Notes: a model not told the origin generated them from the letters alone. 60,029 nt of DNA from Octopus bimaculoides (GCF_001194135.2 NC_068988.1:11797963-11857991); one strand, 5' to 3'; shown: positions 11,197 to 25,630, numbered from the stretch's first letter. Program-made: numbers and translations.

Positions 11197-11535
11197 TTAT
11201 TGTGCACATATACTAATTACTGGTTTGGTCACCGCATTTCGTTATGCAACTATATTACATTACGGTAGGCATAACAGTCTTATAAGTCAATATTATGCCC
11301 CAACCGTGTTAACACTGCGATGAAATGTTCTTCTATAGAAGTGTTATTTCTATAGAAATTGCAGCCAGTCATAACTTTCGGTGTTTGTTATAATTTCTTT
11401 TGAAAGTTTGTAGAAAAAACTTTAAAAAGTTAAAAAGAAAAGGGATCGGCTGTGGTCAAAGGGTGCAATGAGTTCATTATCTACCCGGCTTCCACCCAGC
11501 CAACGCAACTACTCGCCCACCTAGATAACCATTTG

Positions 11536-11592
11536 CCAATCAGGCAACCAATCCACACGAGATATCAGTGACTACCCAGGACAGTATAAATA
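11536..11592 (+). promoter_or_regulatory. possible Pol II core promoter: CCAAT, CCAAT, TATAAATA
   Basis: CCAAT at 11536-11540 and 11548-11552, TATAAATA at 11585-11592, canonical spacing, in non-repetitive sequence. No downstream ORF. Confidence 0.2.
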
Positions 11593-11818
11593 ATGGAGGA
11601 ATAAAAAAAAAGGTGTAAGGGTTGGGTTAGGGAGTTTTGGAAGAAGAAGAAGAAGAAGAAAAGAAGAAAGTGCGGGGGTGGTAGGTGGGGTTCATGATGA
11701 GGTGACAAAATCAGCCGGTGATGACCACAATAAAGGCCATGAGTCATCAACAGCTTCTGCATAATCACCGCCGTCATCGTCATCATCGTCATCATCGTCA
11801 AGAGCGTCATCATTGACT

Positions 11819-11872
<54 letters not shown>

Positions 11873-12096
11873 TCAGTCACTACCGCCACTACTACTACAA
11901 TGAGCATCGTCGACACCATAGTCGTCGTGATGTTTATTACCCCACCACCACCACCACCACCACTACCATAATCAGCTTCATCCCCCTCCTCACCACCACC
12001 CCACTATCATAAACATCAACATAACTGCCATCATCGTCATCTTCCTCCTCCTGCACCTCCTCCTCCGCATTATTATCATCGTTAGCATCCTTACGG

Positions 12097-12600
12097 AGTC
12101 GATTAAATAAGTACCAGTTTCCGTCCACCAAATTCACCCCAAAAGGATGAAAGGCAAAGTTGACCATGGCGGAATTTGAACTCAGAACGTAAGACAGACG
12201 AAATACCGCTAAGCATTTCGCCCGGTGTGCTAACGTTTCTTTTTTCTTTGTTGCCCACAAGGGGCTACACATAATCGACTTAATCGACTTAATCCGTTTG
12301 TCTGTCCTTGTTTGTCCCCTCTGTGTATAGCCCCTTGTGGGCAATAAAGAAAAAAGAAACGTTAGCACGCCGGGCGAAATGCTTAGCGGTATTTCGTCTG
12401 TCTTTACGTTCTGAGTTCAAATTCCGCCATGGTCAACTTTGCCTTTCATCCTTTTGGGGTGAATTTGGTGGACGGAAACTGAAAGAAGCCCGTCGTATAT
12501 ATAAGTATACATTCATGTGTATGAGTCACTTTGTATCTGTGTTTGCACTCCACCCCGCCATCGCTTAACAACCGGTGTCGGTGTTCACATCTCCGTAACT
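12097..12600. mobile_element. rearranged SINE A/SINE C chimera forming a ~157-bp-arm inverted repeat
   Basis: 12115-12271 is the reverse complement of 12322-12481 with about 4 differences. SINE C sequence (gacggaaactgaaagaagcccgtc...) continues to about 12600. Confidence 0.9.
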
Positions 12601-13123
12601 TAGTGGTGGTGGTGGTGCTAATGACGCCGATGTAGGCGGTCATCGTGATAGTGAATATGATGATAGAGGCGGTGGGGCTGGTTAACGCTAGCGATGGTCG
12701 CCTTGGCGACGGTGCGGTACTGGTAGTGGAGGTGGAGGTGGTTGTGGTGGCGATGGCGGTGGTGTCATGGTTGATAATGACGTTGCAACGACTGACGGTG
12801 TTGGAGTTAAACAGAGATAATAGTCGTAGTGGTGGTCGTAGTAACAGTAGTTATAAACAGAGGCAGGGAGCGGCAAGGCCCAGGTGGCGTAATCAACAGA
12901 CTTGACAGAGGGTAGGGCTTGAAAATTTTGTTGGTGCAACGAATAAAGTCGAACACACCTTTTTATTTTGGGAAGTTTTTCTTCGTTTATCATTTTAGTT
13001 TTTTTGTGATGAATTTTATTTTAAAATTTTCTTCGACTTACATTGGTATTCTAATGTAACATTGGCCTCTGATCACGTGGTTTCTAAACGCCTTGCACTT
13101 TCACTGCCACCAGACAGAGAAAA

Positions 13124-13614
13124 ATGTATGTGTGTGAGAGTGTGTGTTTGTGCGCGTGTGTTAATGTGTGCGTGTGTGTTTTTGTGTGTGTGTTAGTGCA
13201 TGTTTTTGTATGTGTGCTTGTATGCGTGTGTTTGGTGTGGGTGTTTGTGTGTGTGTATTTGTGTGTGTGTGTATTTGTGTGTGTGTGTATTTGTGTGTGT
13301 GTGTATTTGTGTGTGTGTGTATTTGTGTGTGTGTATTTGTGTTAGTGTGTGTGTGTGTTGTGTGTGTTTGTGTATGTTTGTGCGTGTGTGTTTGTATGTG
13401 TGTGTTTGCGAGTGTGTTAGTGTGTGTGTGTGTGTTGTGTGTGTATTGTGTCTGTGTTAGTGTGTGCTTGTGTGTTAGTGTGTGTGTATGTTGTGTTTGT
13501 TGGTGTCTGTGTTTGTGTGTGTGTGTGTATGTGTGTGTGTGTTGTGTGTGTATTGTGTCTGTGTTAGCGTGTGCTTGTGTGTTAGTGTGTGTGTATGTTG
13601 TGTTTGTTGGTGTC

Positions 13615-13655
<41 letters not shown>
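13124..13655. repeat. higher-order (GT)n-derived repeat, including (GTGTGTGTATTT)n and a ~107-bp duplicated block
   Basis: The block gtattgtgtctgtgttag...gttggtgtctgtgtttg occurs twice (about 13440 and about 13547); runs into a gap. Confidence 0.85.
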
Positions 13656-15620
13656 NNNNNNNNNNNNNNNNNNNNNNNNNNNNNNNNNNNNNNNNNNNNN
13701 NNNNNNNNNNNNNNNNNNNNNNNNNNNNNNNNNNNNNNNNNNNNNNNNNNNNNNNNNNNNNNNNNNNNNNNNNNNNNNNNNNNNNNNNNNNNNNNNNNNN
13801 NNNNNNNNNNNNNNNNNNNNNNNNNNNNNNNNNNNNNNNNNNNNNNNNNNNNNNNNNNNNNNNNNNNNNNNNNNNNNNNNNNNNNNNNNNNNNNNNNNNN
13901 NNNNNNNNNNNNNNNNNNNNNNNNNNNNNNNNNNNNNNNNNNNNNNNNNNNNNNNNNNNNNNNNNNNNNNNNNNNNNNNNNNNNNNNNNNNNNNNNNNNN
14001 NNNNNNNNNNNNNNNNNNNNNNNNNNNNNNNNNNNNNNNNNNNNNNNNNNNNNNNNNNNNNNNNNNNNNNNNNNNNNNNNNNNNNNNNNNNNNNNNNNNN
14101 NNNNNNNNNNNNNNNNNNNNNNNNNNNNNNNNNNNNNNNNNNNNNNNNNNNNNNNNNNNNNNNNNNNNNNNNNNNNNNNNNNNNNNNNNNNNNNNNNNNN
14201 NNNNNNNNNNNNNNNNNNNNNNNNNNNNNNNNNNNNNNNNNNNNNNNNNNNNNNNNNNNNNNNNNNNNNNNNNNNNNNNNNNNNNNNNNNGTGGTAAGCT
14301 TGCGAGCGATGCAGACTGGAGCTACTGAAGTGTTTTGCGATTAGATAACGAACAATGACTACAAAATATAGTTTCTTTACATGAAAGCGAAATTTCTTAT
14401 CAGAAACAGCCACAGAAATGGTGTAAGGAAATTGAAGGAAGGCGTTGAAAAGTCCCCTCTTGAGTTTTTTTTTATTCAACAGCAAAGGGAACTATTTTTT
14501 CGGAGAGATAAGCCAACAAAAGCTCTTTTATTCGTTCTTCCCACATAGCCCGCGCATAAACTAACAGCGAATAACAAATAAAGTTAAATTGATATGGAGT
14601 TTTCTGAAAGATACGTATAGCTTTCGCTAGTTGAAGCAAAACTCTTATTTAAAGGTTGATTGTGCGGGACGAATCATATTTGATCGTTTCAAAAAGGCTA
14701 GAATGCCAATGCTAAAACGTATTTGAAACAATGGACAACAGTCGAAATGCAATAATGGATGGGTAAATAAGCATCCTTAAAATGAAACAATGCATTCGTA
14801 GGTAAACAAAGGTATCAAACAAAGAGAGGAATAAGAACATTCCCTTTCAAATAACTCAGAATAGGTAAAAGTAAGCTTGCCAAAATTTAATGCAGTTTAA
14901 ATATGGAGATTAAGATTGTTTGGTATTGGATATTCATCGCGTACAGTGTTCCTAGTTAATTTAATCAGCGTCGCAGGTATAAAAAGAGAAAATCCTTTCA
15001 CTTTTATAAAAAGATTAGAAAGTATAGAAGACCCTACATACAAAAAGAACTGTCCTTTACGTCCATTTACTCGGGACGCCTGGATAAAATGGATAAAATG
15101 TTATAGTGCAAGTAGTGTGTGTGCAAATTTGGTGAAAATCGGTTGAGAATTGTGGAAATATATGCGTTAATCATTACACACACATACTGAGATTTATATA
15201 TACTGGATATATATATACATATATATATTTATAGACACAGGCACAAACACAAGAGCACAGTCACACGTTAATCACGGCAATAGAGGAAAGAGATATGCTG
15301 TGATCGATATGCAGATACAACAGACGAATGGGAAATGGTGTCGGGAACATCCAATATACAGGAACTAAATCTGTTATTGGATTTCTCTCATCAAATCATT
15401 AAATTTTAGAGAAAGTAACTTTCGATTTTGAGGTTTAATTGTGTGCATAAAAGTGAAAAAGGAAATGGTTTTCCTTTTAGTGTTTCTATGGCAATATAAC
15501 TTTTATTTTCCAATAGGTCACTCAATTATATTTCTAGTTTATCTCCAGGATAACTGTTGTCGAGAACGCATATGATGAAAGCTATTTCAGCTATGACCAT
15601 CCATTTTATTTTACATTTTC

Positions 15621-15655
<35 letters not shown>

Positions 15656-16146
15656 CATGACGACGATCGAACGACAACTACTACAATATATTATCTGATT
15701 GAAATAAGCGAAACGAAGATTAAAAACTGAGGTACCTTTTCGTAAGTCAGAGAACGAGTCAAATCTGCACCTATGATACACCACAACGCTTTCTACAGCA
15801 TCTCACCCACGAAGCAGTGGTGCACGGTGGGTCGAAACGATCGTAGTGATAAATAAAGAATCTCATGAATTCCATTTTCCCTTTCTTATATTTATATATA
15901 TATATATATATATATATTCAACCTGATGCTATGACAGGAGATTAATTTTTTATGTCATCACGTAAAGTGATCAAGCCAAAAATTAAGAAGATTAAAAAAT
16001 AGCAGATATAAATATTGATATTCTGTAGCGGCTGCTGATCGCTTTTTAGAAGACGATGTTCCAGCATGACTCGAATCCAGTCAGTGAAACAAATAAAAGA
16101 TAAAAGAAAATGTTCATGTAGCCTTGTTTATCATTGATTCATTCAT

Positions 16147-16640
16147 CACTGATCCGCGATAACACAATACGCTCAATTGTTAACGAAGTTCCGTTTATCA
16201 AGGATCGGTATTTGATAACACGGGTTAACTACTAATTAATGGAAGATATCACTTGTAGACACAATGCTCAGCTGACAAGAAAGAACTGACTATTGCTTGT
16301 GTTTATATGAACATGCTACGAAGGTGTGTATTTCTTATATGGATTAATGTACTTGTACCCCTTAACAGGGGACCTGTGAACAAAATTATCTACAAAGGGG
16401 TCTGATCTTAACAAACAAACGCAGATGAATGTATTCTCTACAGAAAAAGGTAGAAATGATCAAGAAAATACGTGACGGTGGAAGCATTGCTGTTGTGAGT
16501 CGCATATTTGATCTCCATGGTTCTATCAATCATTCCATTTACAAACTGCGTGGAGATGATTCATTTATTGCTACCTTATTCATTACTGTATTCATATGGA
16601 ACCAAACCCTCGTGATAAAGGAGGATAAATGTATATGCGA
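16147..16640 (+). mobile_element. pogo/Tigger-like transposon remnant (psq-type HTH N-terminus)
   Basis: ORF 16429: SLQKKVEMIKKIRDGGSIAVVSRIFDLHGSINHSIYK resembles the pogo/CENP-B N-terminal HTH. Weak TIR-like ends; the right end finishes in TA. Confidence 0.45.
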
Positions 16641-16829
16641 AGGTAAACTCTTCACCAGACAGCCATCTTTCTAACTTCTGTACTAACTTTCCAAGTTAAC
16701 ATAAAAATGCGTTAAAAATCCCATCCTTTTCTATTTTTAAATAATCACCCGTTGGCATCAATAACTACCAATTCTTTTTTTTATTTGGAATCATCATCGC
16801 TAAGTTTATTTATTGTTGATATCCAAAAT

Positions 16830-17102
16830 CTTTAGTTTAATCGAGTAAAAATTTCTTCATTTCCTTTCTTCAAATCGATTACAAGACAGTGCACACACAC
16901 ACGTGCACACGCACACGCACAAGTGCGTACACACACACCCATATCAACATGCATATATACACAAACACATATATACATATTTATACATACATATGTTCTT
17001 ATATATATGTCTATGTGTGTGTGTGTGTGTGTGTGTGTGCGTGGTTCATACATAATAGGCATATGTACAAATACTTTATACGCACACAGAAACACACGTA
17101 TG

Positions 17103-17166
<64 letters not shown>

Positions 17167-17434
17167 TTCACTTATTCTTTTTCTCACTTCAGTCACTTGA
17201 CTGCGGCTATGAGTATATATACATGCATATATATATATACACACACACACATATAGGTATAGATATTCAGATATTTATACATACATACGTTTAAACGTGT
17301 GTATGTGTGTGTGTGTGTGTGTGTGCATACATAATAGACATATATATACATAGTTTCTATACATACACACACGCTCACACACATGCACATATATAAGAGA
17401 TAGAGATAGATAGATAGACAGATAGAGAGAGAGA

Positions 17435-17473
<39 letters not shown>

Positions 17474-17510
17474 GTTGATTTAACGGGAGTAAAAGGAGTA
17501 TTACATTTCC

Positions 17511-17584
<74 letters not shown>

Positions 17585-17801
17585 ATTATTATTATTAGCG
17601 AATGCGGATATTTGTATATTGGTTGGTCGGTGAGTTGGTTGACTTGATCGATGCGTTTTGCTGGCTGGAAAATGCTGTTTATATTTATAGATTTACACAT
17701 CATGACGGAAGTATGGATGTTCACCGTAGCAGTGGTCGTAATATTGGCTTTCTCCTTCATTCTTCTTCTTCTTTTTCTTCTTCTTCTTCTTCTTCTTCTT
17801 C

Positions 17802-17871
<70 letters not shown>

Positions 17872-17978
17872 CGTCACTCTTGATGGCTTCTTCCTCGTTG
17901 GTTTTGAGGCGGTTTTTTTCGTAGGTAATAAGATAAGGTTAGAATATATGATATAACTTGACTATAAGTAATAAATAT

Positions 17979-18015
<37 letters not shown>

Positions 18016-18096
18016 GATGTCGTAGGATACGAAAGAACGCGTAAACATAGAAACGTACACACACATGTATACGCACACATGTTCATCCATTTATAT

Positions 18097-18142
<46 letters not shown>

Positions 18143-18358
18143 CAATTCATGTATATGTATGGCGTCTGTTATTGTGTTGTAATGTATTTTTGAACATATA
18201 GGTAAATATACCGGGCGTGTATTCACATATATATACGTGTTATTGCATGTACATATATATATATATAATATATATACATATATATTACTATATACACACA
18301 CACGTACATATTTACATATATAAACATATATATATATATATGTAAACATATAGATACA

Positions 18359-18446
<88 letters not shown>

Positions 18447-18480
18447 TAAATATGTATATGTATATGTGCGTGTGTGTTCA
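16830..18480. repeat. microsatellite cluster (CA, AT, AG, ATT, CTT)
   Basis: Directly visible. Confidence 0.95.
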
Positions 18481-19216
18481 TGTGTGTGCGTGTATCTGTG
18501 TGTGTGGTGATTGTCTGATAATCGTCATGCGATGTTTCTCGTTTCCATTATAAGTTTACTCGTGTACAGGGAAAAACACATTGCAGTTATCGTTCGCAAT
18601 AATGATAACAATATTAATAGTGTGATATGAATGATAGTTACCGTATTACCAGTAGCCGAGTTAGAGAGATCCGGTGTTGTATATTTTATATGCGATGATA
18701 GATGGTGTTTATATACGATGCGTGGCTCTCATCCCAGTGGTGTAACGATGTAATTTTACTGATAAATCTATGAATGTGATGTAGAATAATGGTATTTTGG
18801 TTGCAGTTTATAGATATATTTTGTTTACAAGGTGGTGGTGGTGGTCGAAGTGTCTGTTGTTGTTCTTGACGTCGTTTTTTTAACCTGGAGGTTAAATCAC
18901 ATCGATCAGAGACGTTCCATCCGTGACCAAGATCCTCCTGATATGTTGTTTGTGAGATATATAGCTTATTTATGACTGTGTGTATCTTGAGGGAGATTTT
19001 GCTGTCATTTCTGTTGCATATCGATCAACCAGGTAAGCATAGTCCACTCCCATTGGATAGGGCCATTTACCGTCGGCATTGTTGTTGTTGTTGGGGGGGG
19101 GGTTGTTACGGCGGTAGGGTTTTAACCCCCAGTAAACTCGGATTCACATTGAATTCCATGATCCACAGAGTTCGAATCACCGTCTACTTGTTTTTGTTCT
19201 GCAATATTCTTTAGAT

Positions 19217-19362
19217 AAGGCATGGGCAAACTGCGGCCCGCGGGACCTTCTGATTTGCACGCTTAACGAAAAACTTCCTTGGATTTCTTCAGTAGTGTGG
19301 TCCATAAGACGGTGAGCCATGATTCATGTGGCCTGCTTCTCGAAAAACGTTGCCCATATCAG
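19217..19362 (+). mobile_element. hAT (Charlie-like) MITE with 8-bp TSD
   Basis: Ends aggcatgggcaaactgcggcccgc / ttgcccatatcag. Flanks ctttagat (19209-19216) and ctgtagat (19363-19370), 7/8 identical. Confidence 0.75.
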
Positions 19363-19597
19363 CTGTAGATAACCAAGTACCATTCGTGTATTAGTGACTT
19401 ATAGTTTATTTATGACAGTCAGGTGCAACTTAAAGGGAAATTTAGCTACTGTTTCTAACAGATCGATCGCCGGCATGTAATAGTAACTCGTTCCTTTTTC
19501 CTCAGACAGTGAAGTGTGATTTGTGGGTGCCCTCAGACGGTAAAGCGGACATGTAGCAACACCATTTTGAAATATAGTAAATGAACAAAATAAACAG

Positions 19598-19803
19598 GTT
19601 TCAAATTTTCGCACAAAGCCAGCAATTTCGGGGGAGGAGTAAATCGATTACATATATCTCAGTGAGTAACTGGGGCGTAATATTGACCTCGAAAGGATGA
19701 AATGCTAAAAGGCCACGGCGGAATGTGAACTGAGAAAGTAAATAGGGACGAAATGCCGCTAAGTATTTTTCCTGGTGTGCTAACGTCCTGTCTGCTCGAT
19801 GCC
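19598..19803 (-). mobile_element. SINE family A, diverged
   Basis: Reverse complement aligns end to end with 4322-4534. Confidence 0.75.
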
Positions 19804-20304
19804 TTGTAATAGTAAATATATTAGATACAGAAGAGCGGGGCAACAGTAATTCTAATAAGTCTCTTGTCAGTAAGTGTTGAAGATATTCTGGTAATATCAA
19901 AGCGAGAATATGTGATGTCGTCCAGATATTTCACTTTTTGTTTGGATTGTGCTTGAGATATTTAGTGAAAATATATCATAACAACTCAATAACTACAAAT
20001 TGATGGATCTAGCTGAAATAACTAGTCTAAAGGCAAACTCAGTAATGTTACGAAACGATGATCTTCATATATATTCTTAATAAGTTCTGGCAGATTCAAA
20101 TGTATGTTACAGGAAAAGAACTTCTCCCTTTGATGATGCCAAATATGCCGAGCATAGACTTTAATTCGTTTATTCGACTTCACTGTGGTTCTTGAGCCGT
20201 ATGGACTCTTATTTCTGGTAACGTTGTGGACTATCTTGTAATCTGATTATAAATTAATAATTTTACCTTTTTGGTTATTTTATGGTTTGCTGACAGCTTA
20301 CATT

Positions 20305-20672
20305 ATTATTACCTCCCCTTTAGCACAGGCGGGGGTATTATTTTCAGTCGTGTTTGTTTATTTGTCCGTGGACAAGATATCTCAAGAACCGCTGGATGGG
20401 TTCGGATGAAACGTCCAGGGATCTTTGGCCTCATGACTGGGACGAACTGATTAGATTTTGGAATCGATTTGATAATAGAGAAGGATTCTGAATTATATTT
20501 CCTTTTTTTTTTTTCCTTAATTGATAGCGGCCGGGTTCATTTTTAGTATTTTCGTTTGTGAGAGCCGTCGAGTTTATTTCAGATATTCTCATTTTCATAA
20601 TCATCTCCGGCTAATCGTTGAGAGGACGTTGATGTTGCCTTGGCAAAGGTTTGCATTCTCTGAGTGCTCTAT
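20305..20672 (+). mobile_element. non-autonomous Helentron/DINE-like (HINE-type) element
   Basis: 5' ttattacctcccc...ggcgggggta hairpin and 3' gccttggcaaaggt...ctctgagtgct subterminal repeat. Internal text (gatatctcaagaaccgctggatgg...gatgaaa...ttagattttgg) fits this class from memory. Confidence 0.5.
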
Positions 20673-21960
20673 TTTCTATTAATAATATATATATATATAN
20701 NNNNNNNNNNNNNNNNNNNNNNNNNNNNNNNNNNNNNNNNNNNNNNNNNNNNNNNNNNNNNNNNNNNNNNNNNNNNNNNNNNNNNNNNNNNNNNNNNNNN
20801 NNNNNNNNNNNNNNNNNNNNNNATATATATACGTGTATATTTCTAATGTATTATATGTATATATGAATACATATGTATATATAAATATATGTACATACAG
20901 ACGCACAAAAACACACACGCACGAAAACACACACGCATGCACACACACAAAAAAACATACACACACACACACACACACACACTTACACATCCATATATAA
21001 CCATATATATATATAATAATATATAAAAATTGAAAAGTTGGGTATGATCAGTGGCAATAAATGTTTTATTAGTAAAACTTAGAGCAGATTTCAGTAGCGT
21101 TAAAGGTACTATCTCTGCGTATATATGCGTGTGTATGTGTATGTGTGTGTGTATATGTAGGTGTGTGTGTGTGTGTGTGTGTGTGTGGTGACAGTGTGAG
21201 TATGTGCGAGTCAGTGTGAGAGGAGAGTGTTGTATTTGATGTGGTAGTAGTTGGTTTGAGATATTTAATAGAATGTCATGACAGTTGAATAAAGTACAAA
21301 TGTTGGGTCAAGTTGAAATGAGTGTTTTAAAGGCACGCCTAGTCTTTTTCTCTGGTAATCAATCAACGACTGAAATACAATCAGTTCAAATGTAATTTGA
21401 ATTATTACGCTGCCTTAGCAGCAGGACAGATTTGTGTGAGTTGAAAGGAAATTGCCAATTCTATTTCATGGTTGATTAGTTAGGCTAGAAGATACATTTA
21501 GTAATTAAGGAAAGAGAAAGACAGAGAGGGAAATAAAAATCTAACACTTTACAAACAATTTGAATGCAAATATCCGGATTTGAAGAATAATCCAAATGAA
21601 TATGGCAAGGAAAAATGCAAAAATAAGAGAAATTAATGTTAAAATTTGTAAAGAAAACAATTATTATTAATATCAATAAGAAAATAAGCATTTGTGTCTT
21701 TTAATAACAATTACATGTTTTAATCATTAGACTGCGGCCATGCTGGGCCACCGATTTGAGGTGTTTAGCCGAACAAATTGCCCCAGTACTTAAGGTCTTT
21801 GTTTTTTGGTGGCGGGAAAGGAGGAAGTTTGGTATTCATTTCGTGGATTTCTTTTACCACACTGCTAAGTTACGGAAACAAGAACAAACCAACACAATTC
21901 GTGAGTCTGTGGTTGACGGCAAACACAAAAACACATACTTGTACACGCATGCGCACACAT

Positions 21961-22000
<40 letters not shown>

Positions 22001-22342
22001 GTGCAGATATACAAAGGGCTTCCAGGAAGACCCCATCTACCAGGTCAATCGCAAAGCATTGATCATCCTGAGACACTAGTGGAAGAGACTAGACAATGTG
22101 TTGCGCAGTTGGACTAAACCCAAAACGGCATGATTGCGAAGGGAGCTCTTTAACCCCTGCAAACCATGCCTGCACCTATGTAGAAAATATGTGCAAAATC
22201 ACTAAATAAATATAAGGTAATTATCTTTATCAATGATAGTATGGACGAAATATAAATAAAAAAACCCGCATATGCACCGGTATCTGATATTATAAGAAAA
22301 TATATTATGTCATATATTTTCCCGACTAAGGAGGAAGGCTAT

Positions 22343-22400
22343 GATACAAATCCATTATAACAAGATACAAATCCATTATAACAAGATACAAATCCATTAT
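22343..22400. repeat. 21-bp tandem repeat (gatacaaatccattataacaa), about 2.8 copies
   Basis: Directly visible. Confidence 0.9.
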
Positions 22401-23080
22401 ATAACTATAGCTCTCGCTCATCCGCTCTTCAGTTGTTTATACTAAGAAAGTAAGCATTGGACTATGCAGTCCTAGATACACTACGCTTAAATCAAAGAAA
22501 ATAACCGTCACTGAAACATGTTTCTTAGAATAAGGATGACCTAGTATAAATGTAGTCCCAGTTCAATCGACGTCGGCTGATTGTTGAGATTTGTGACTGT
22601 GCACCTTCTTTGAAAGTTATTCTGTGTTTGGCATATTTATAGGCAGAAAATAATTCATTGCTTCCAGATGTATGACTGATTACAAAATAACATTACTATA
22701 ACCACGATAAAGTCAATTGATATTTTACTGTCGCCGCTTAATTTTCATATAAATTCACATAATTCTATGACTATTTGTAATTAATCTGTTTACTTTACTC
22801 CGTTTTTATTTATCTGTTTATTTATTTATTTGTTCACTTCCATGCATGAAACAAACATTTATGTTTCTATAAACCACCTTTACATTCGTTTCAAAGAAAA
22901 CTAGATTTCCATGTTGTGTTATTTTGCCTTTATTTCTGTATTTTTCTGAAAAGCTATTCTGTAAACAATGAGGATATTTGTTTTTGCTTTTCAGTTATCA
23001 CGTACTTTAAACCTTTGCATACAAGTACGCCCGTTTTTCATTAAGAATTCTTCTATTCTTTCACTAATACTAACAGTAAT

Positions 23081-23460
23081 GTGGAGGCGCAATGGCCCAG
23101 TGGTTAGGGCAGCGAACTCGCGGTCATAGGATCGCGGTTTCGATTCCCAGACCGGGCGTTGTGAGTGTTTATTGAGCGAAAACACCTAAAGCCCCACTAG
23201 GCTCCGACAGGGGATGATGGCGAACCCTGATGTACTCTTTCACCACAACTTTCTCTCACTCTTACTTCCTGTTTCTGTTGCACCTGTATTTCAAAGGGCC
23301 AGCCTTGTCACGCTGAATATCCCCGAGAACTACGTTAAGGGGTACACGTGTCTGTGGAGTGTTCAGCCACTTGCACGTTAATTTCACGAGCAGGCTGTTC
23401 CGTTGATCGGATCAACTGGAACCCTCGACGTCGTAAGCGACGGAGTGCCAACACACAAAC
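23081..23460 (+). mobile_element. full-length SINE family B variant with a perfect 12-bp TSD
   Basis: A box TGGCCCAGTGG and B box GGTTTCGATTCCC. actaacagtaat at 23069-23080 and 23461-23472. Confidence 0.9.
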
Positions 23461-24396
23461 ACTAACAGTAATATCATACACCTTACATTTGCTATAATCA
23501 AATATAAATATAGCTGTTTCCTTAGGTAGTAACTTATATTAATATATATATATATATATATAAATCTATTTATTTATTTGTTCCATTTATTACTTTATTT
23601 ATTAATGCACTTTATAAGTATTTAGCGTTTCACTTCTGTTTGAACCACAGAAAATTTCTTATTTTTCAATTATGCTGTATTGGATTGAAACAAACGATAT
23701 TTAGTTTTCCTTTTTACCAAAATTGTTTTATATGTGTATATGTGTCGTGGATGGAGTAGCACTACATTTGATTGCTTTGCATTCTATTCACCATTCCAGC
23801 CCCCACCCCGACCCTGCCCTCCTCGCCTGTATTTTTGCATAATGCACTGAAGTATACTTCAATATTTCCTAGTTGGTTGAAAGTATACTCAAGCTAGCAT
23901 TCTTTTCTTCTCGATAGCTATTCCGTTATATTAGGTAGCTGCTTACTATTTCGCTTTTCTATTAAGTTACCTCGAGATTTTTCCCCTGGATTATATATAT
24001 ATTTATTTATTTATTTTAATATTATTTAGGAATAATTTGTTTTGATGCTGAAAATTACATCAAGAAAATGTATTATTATTTTTTATATGTTAGCTTTTCG
24101 TAATATCATATAACTGAAAACTTTTGTTTGCATCTGCTTCCGTTCGGTATCATTATATGATATTACATAATATATGTATGATATATATATTTAGTATATG
24201 TGTATGTATGTTTGTATGTATATACACATTTTTCTGTGGAAGCCATCAATGTCTATAACAATCAGATATTCCATATGTTTATGAATATCTTTCAAATAAA
24301 ATTACTGCAACAATTCTTCAGCATATATTCAGTTTTTGCAAAAGAAATTTTCAAGAACTGTTATTATAGAAAATAGACGCGTAAATGGATTAATTG

Positions 24397-24482
<86 letters not shown>

Positions 24483-24585
24483 CTCGCTCTCTCTCACTGT
24501 CTCTATCTATCTCTCTTTATATATATAATACTATGTAGACACACGTGAGTATGCATCTATGTATACAGATCTGAATGCATTTATG

Positions 24586-24653
<68 letters not shown>

Positions 24654-25565
24654 TACACACACATATATATTATTCACACACATATATATATATATATATA
24701 CATTTGTACAAATACACCTATATATATATAGATATAGATATAGATATATATCAGAATTTTTATGTGTTTGAGTGCGCGTGTGTGTGAGTATGCAGGACGA
24801 GAGAGAGGGGGGGAGAGCCAGACAACCGATAAAATACATAAAAGGAATCGTAGACAGACGAATACACGAAGGAAAACTGAATTATAAGGTATACTTTGCA
24901 AGTCGTAAATATATCGAGACAGATATATTTTTCTGCTGGGATATGTTATGTCACTCTAAGGTTTCCAACTTAATAAAAGGCTTCGGCTGCCGAAACATAT
25001 AATGTAATTTTATCCTACTTCTTCCACCGGATGGCACCATTGTGTGTATGTGTGTATGTATGTGTGTGTGTGTATATATACGTTAACCCTTTTGCCGTTC
25101 CTTCTCTTCAGCAGCAATGAATTATAGTATTTTTAAAGATTGTTCCTTCTGTGTTATGTTAATTCTTGTTTTTTTGTTTTTTTTTATTACATTTACAATA
25201 TGGTTTGCTGGCTCGTATAGTGTGTAGAATTCCTGATGATTTAGGATGAGCAGTGTTTTAAACTTATTTAAATTTCATTATATATCCTATTTACGTAATT
25301 AAAGAATTACTTATGCTTATTCCTAACGAAACAGCTGTTGAAATTAGTTAAATTATGATCTGTCTATGAAATGTTTGATTTTCTCCCTTTTATTCTAAAT
25401 ATACGTTGCTCTTAATGATCGTTCTAGCCAACTATACGTGTGTATGTATGTATATATATATATATATATATATATGTTTTATGCATCATGATCTCGTATA
25501 TGGACATGCATGTATGTTAGGACTGATAGACAGACAGACAGTTAGACAGACAGACAGACACACAG

Positions 25566-25630
<65 letters not shown>

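Noticed and set aside
24968-25000. ggc-ttcggct-gcc-gaaacat and similar GAAAC motifs at about 8870, 28450, 40000 and 46078
   Set aside because: Core and stem I cannot be reconstructed; too degenerate to support individually.
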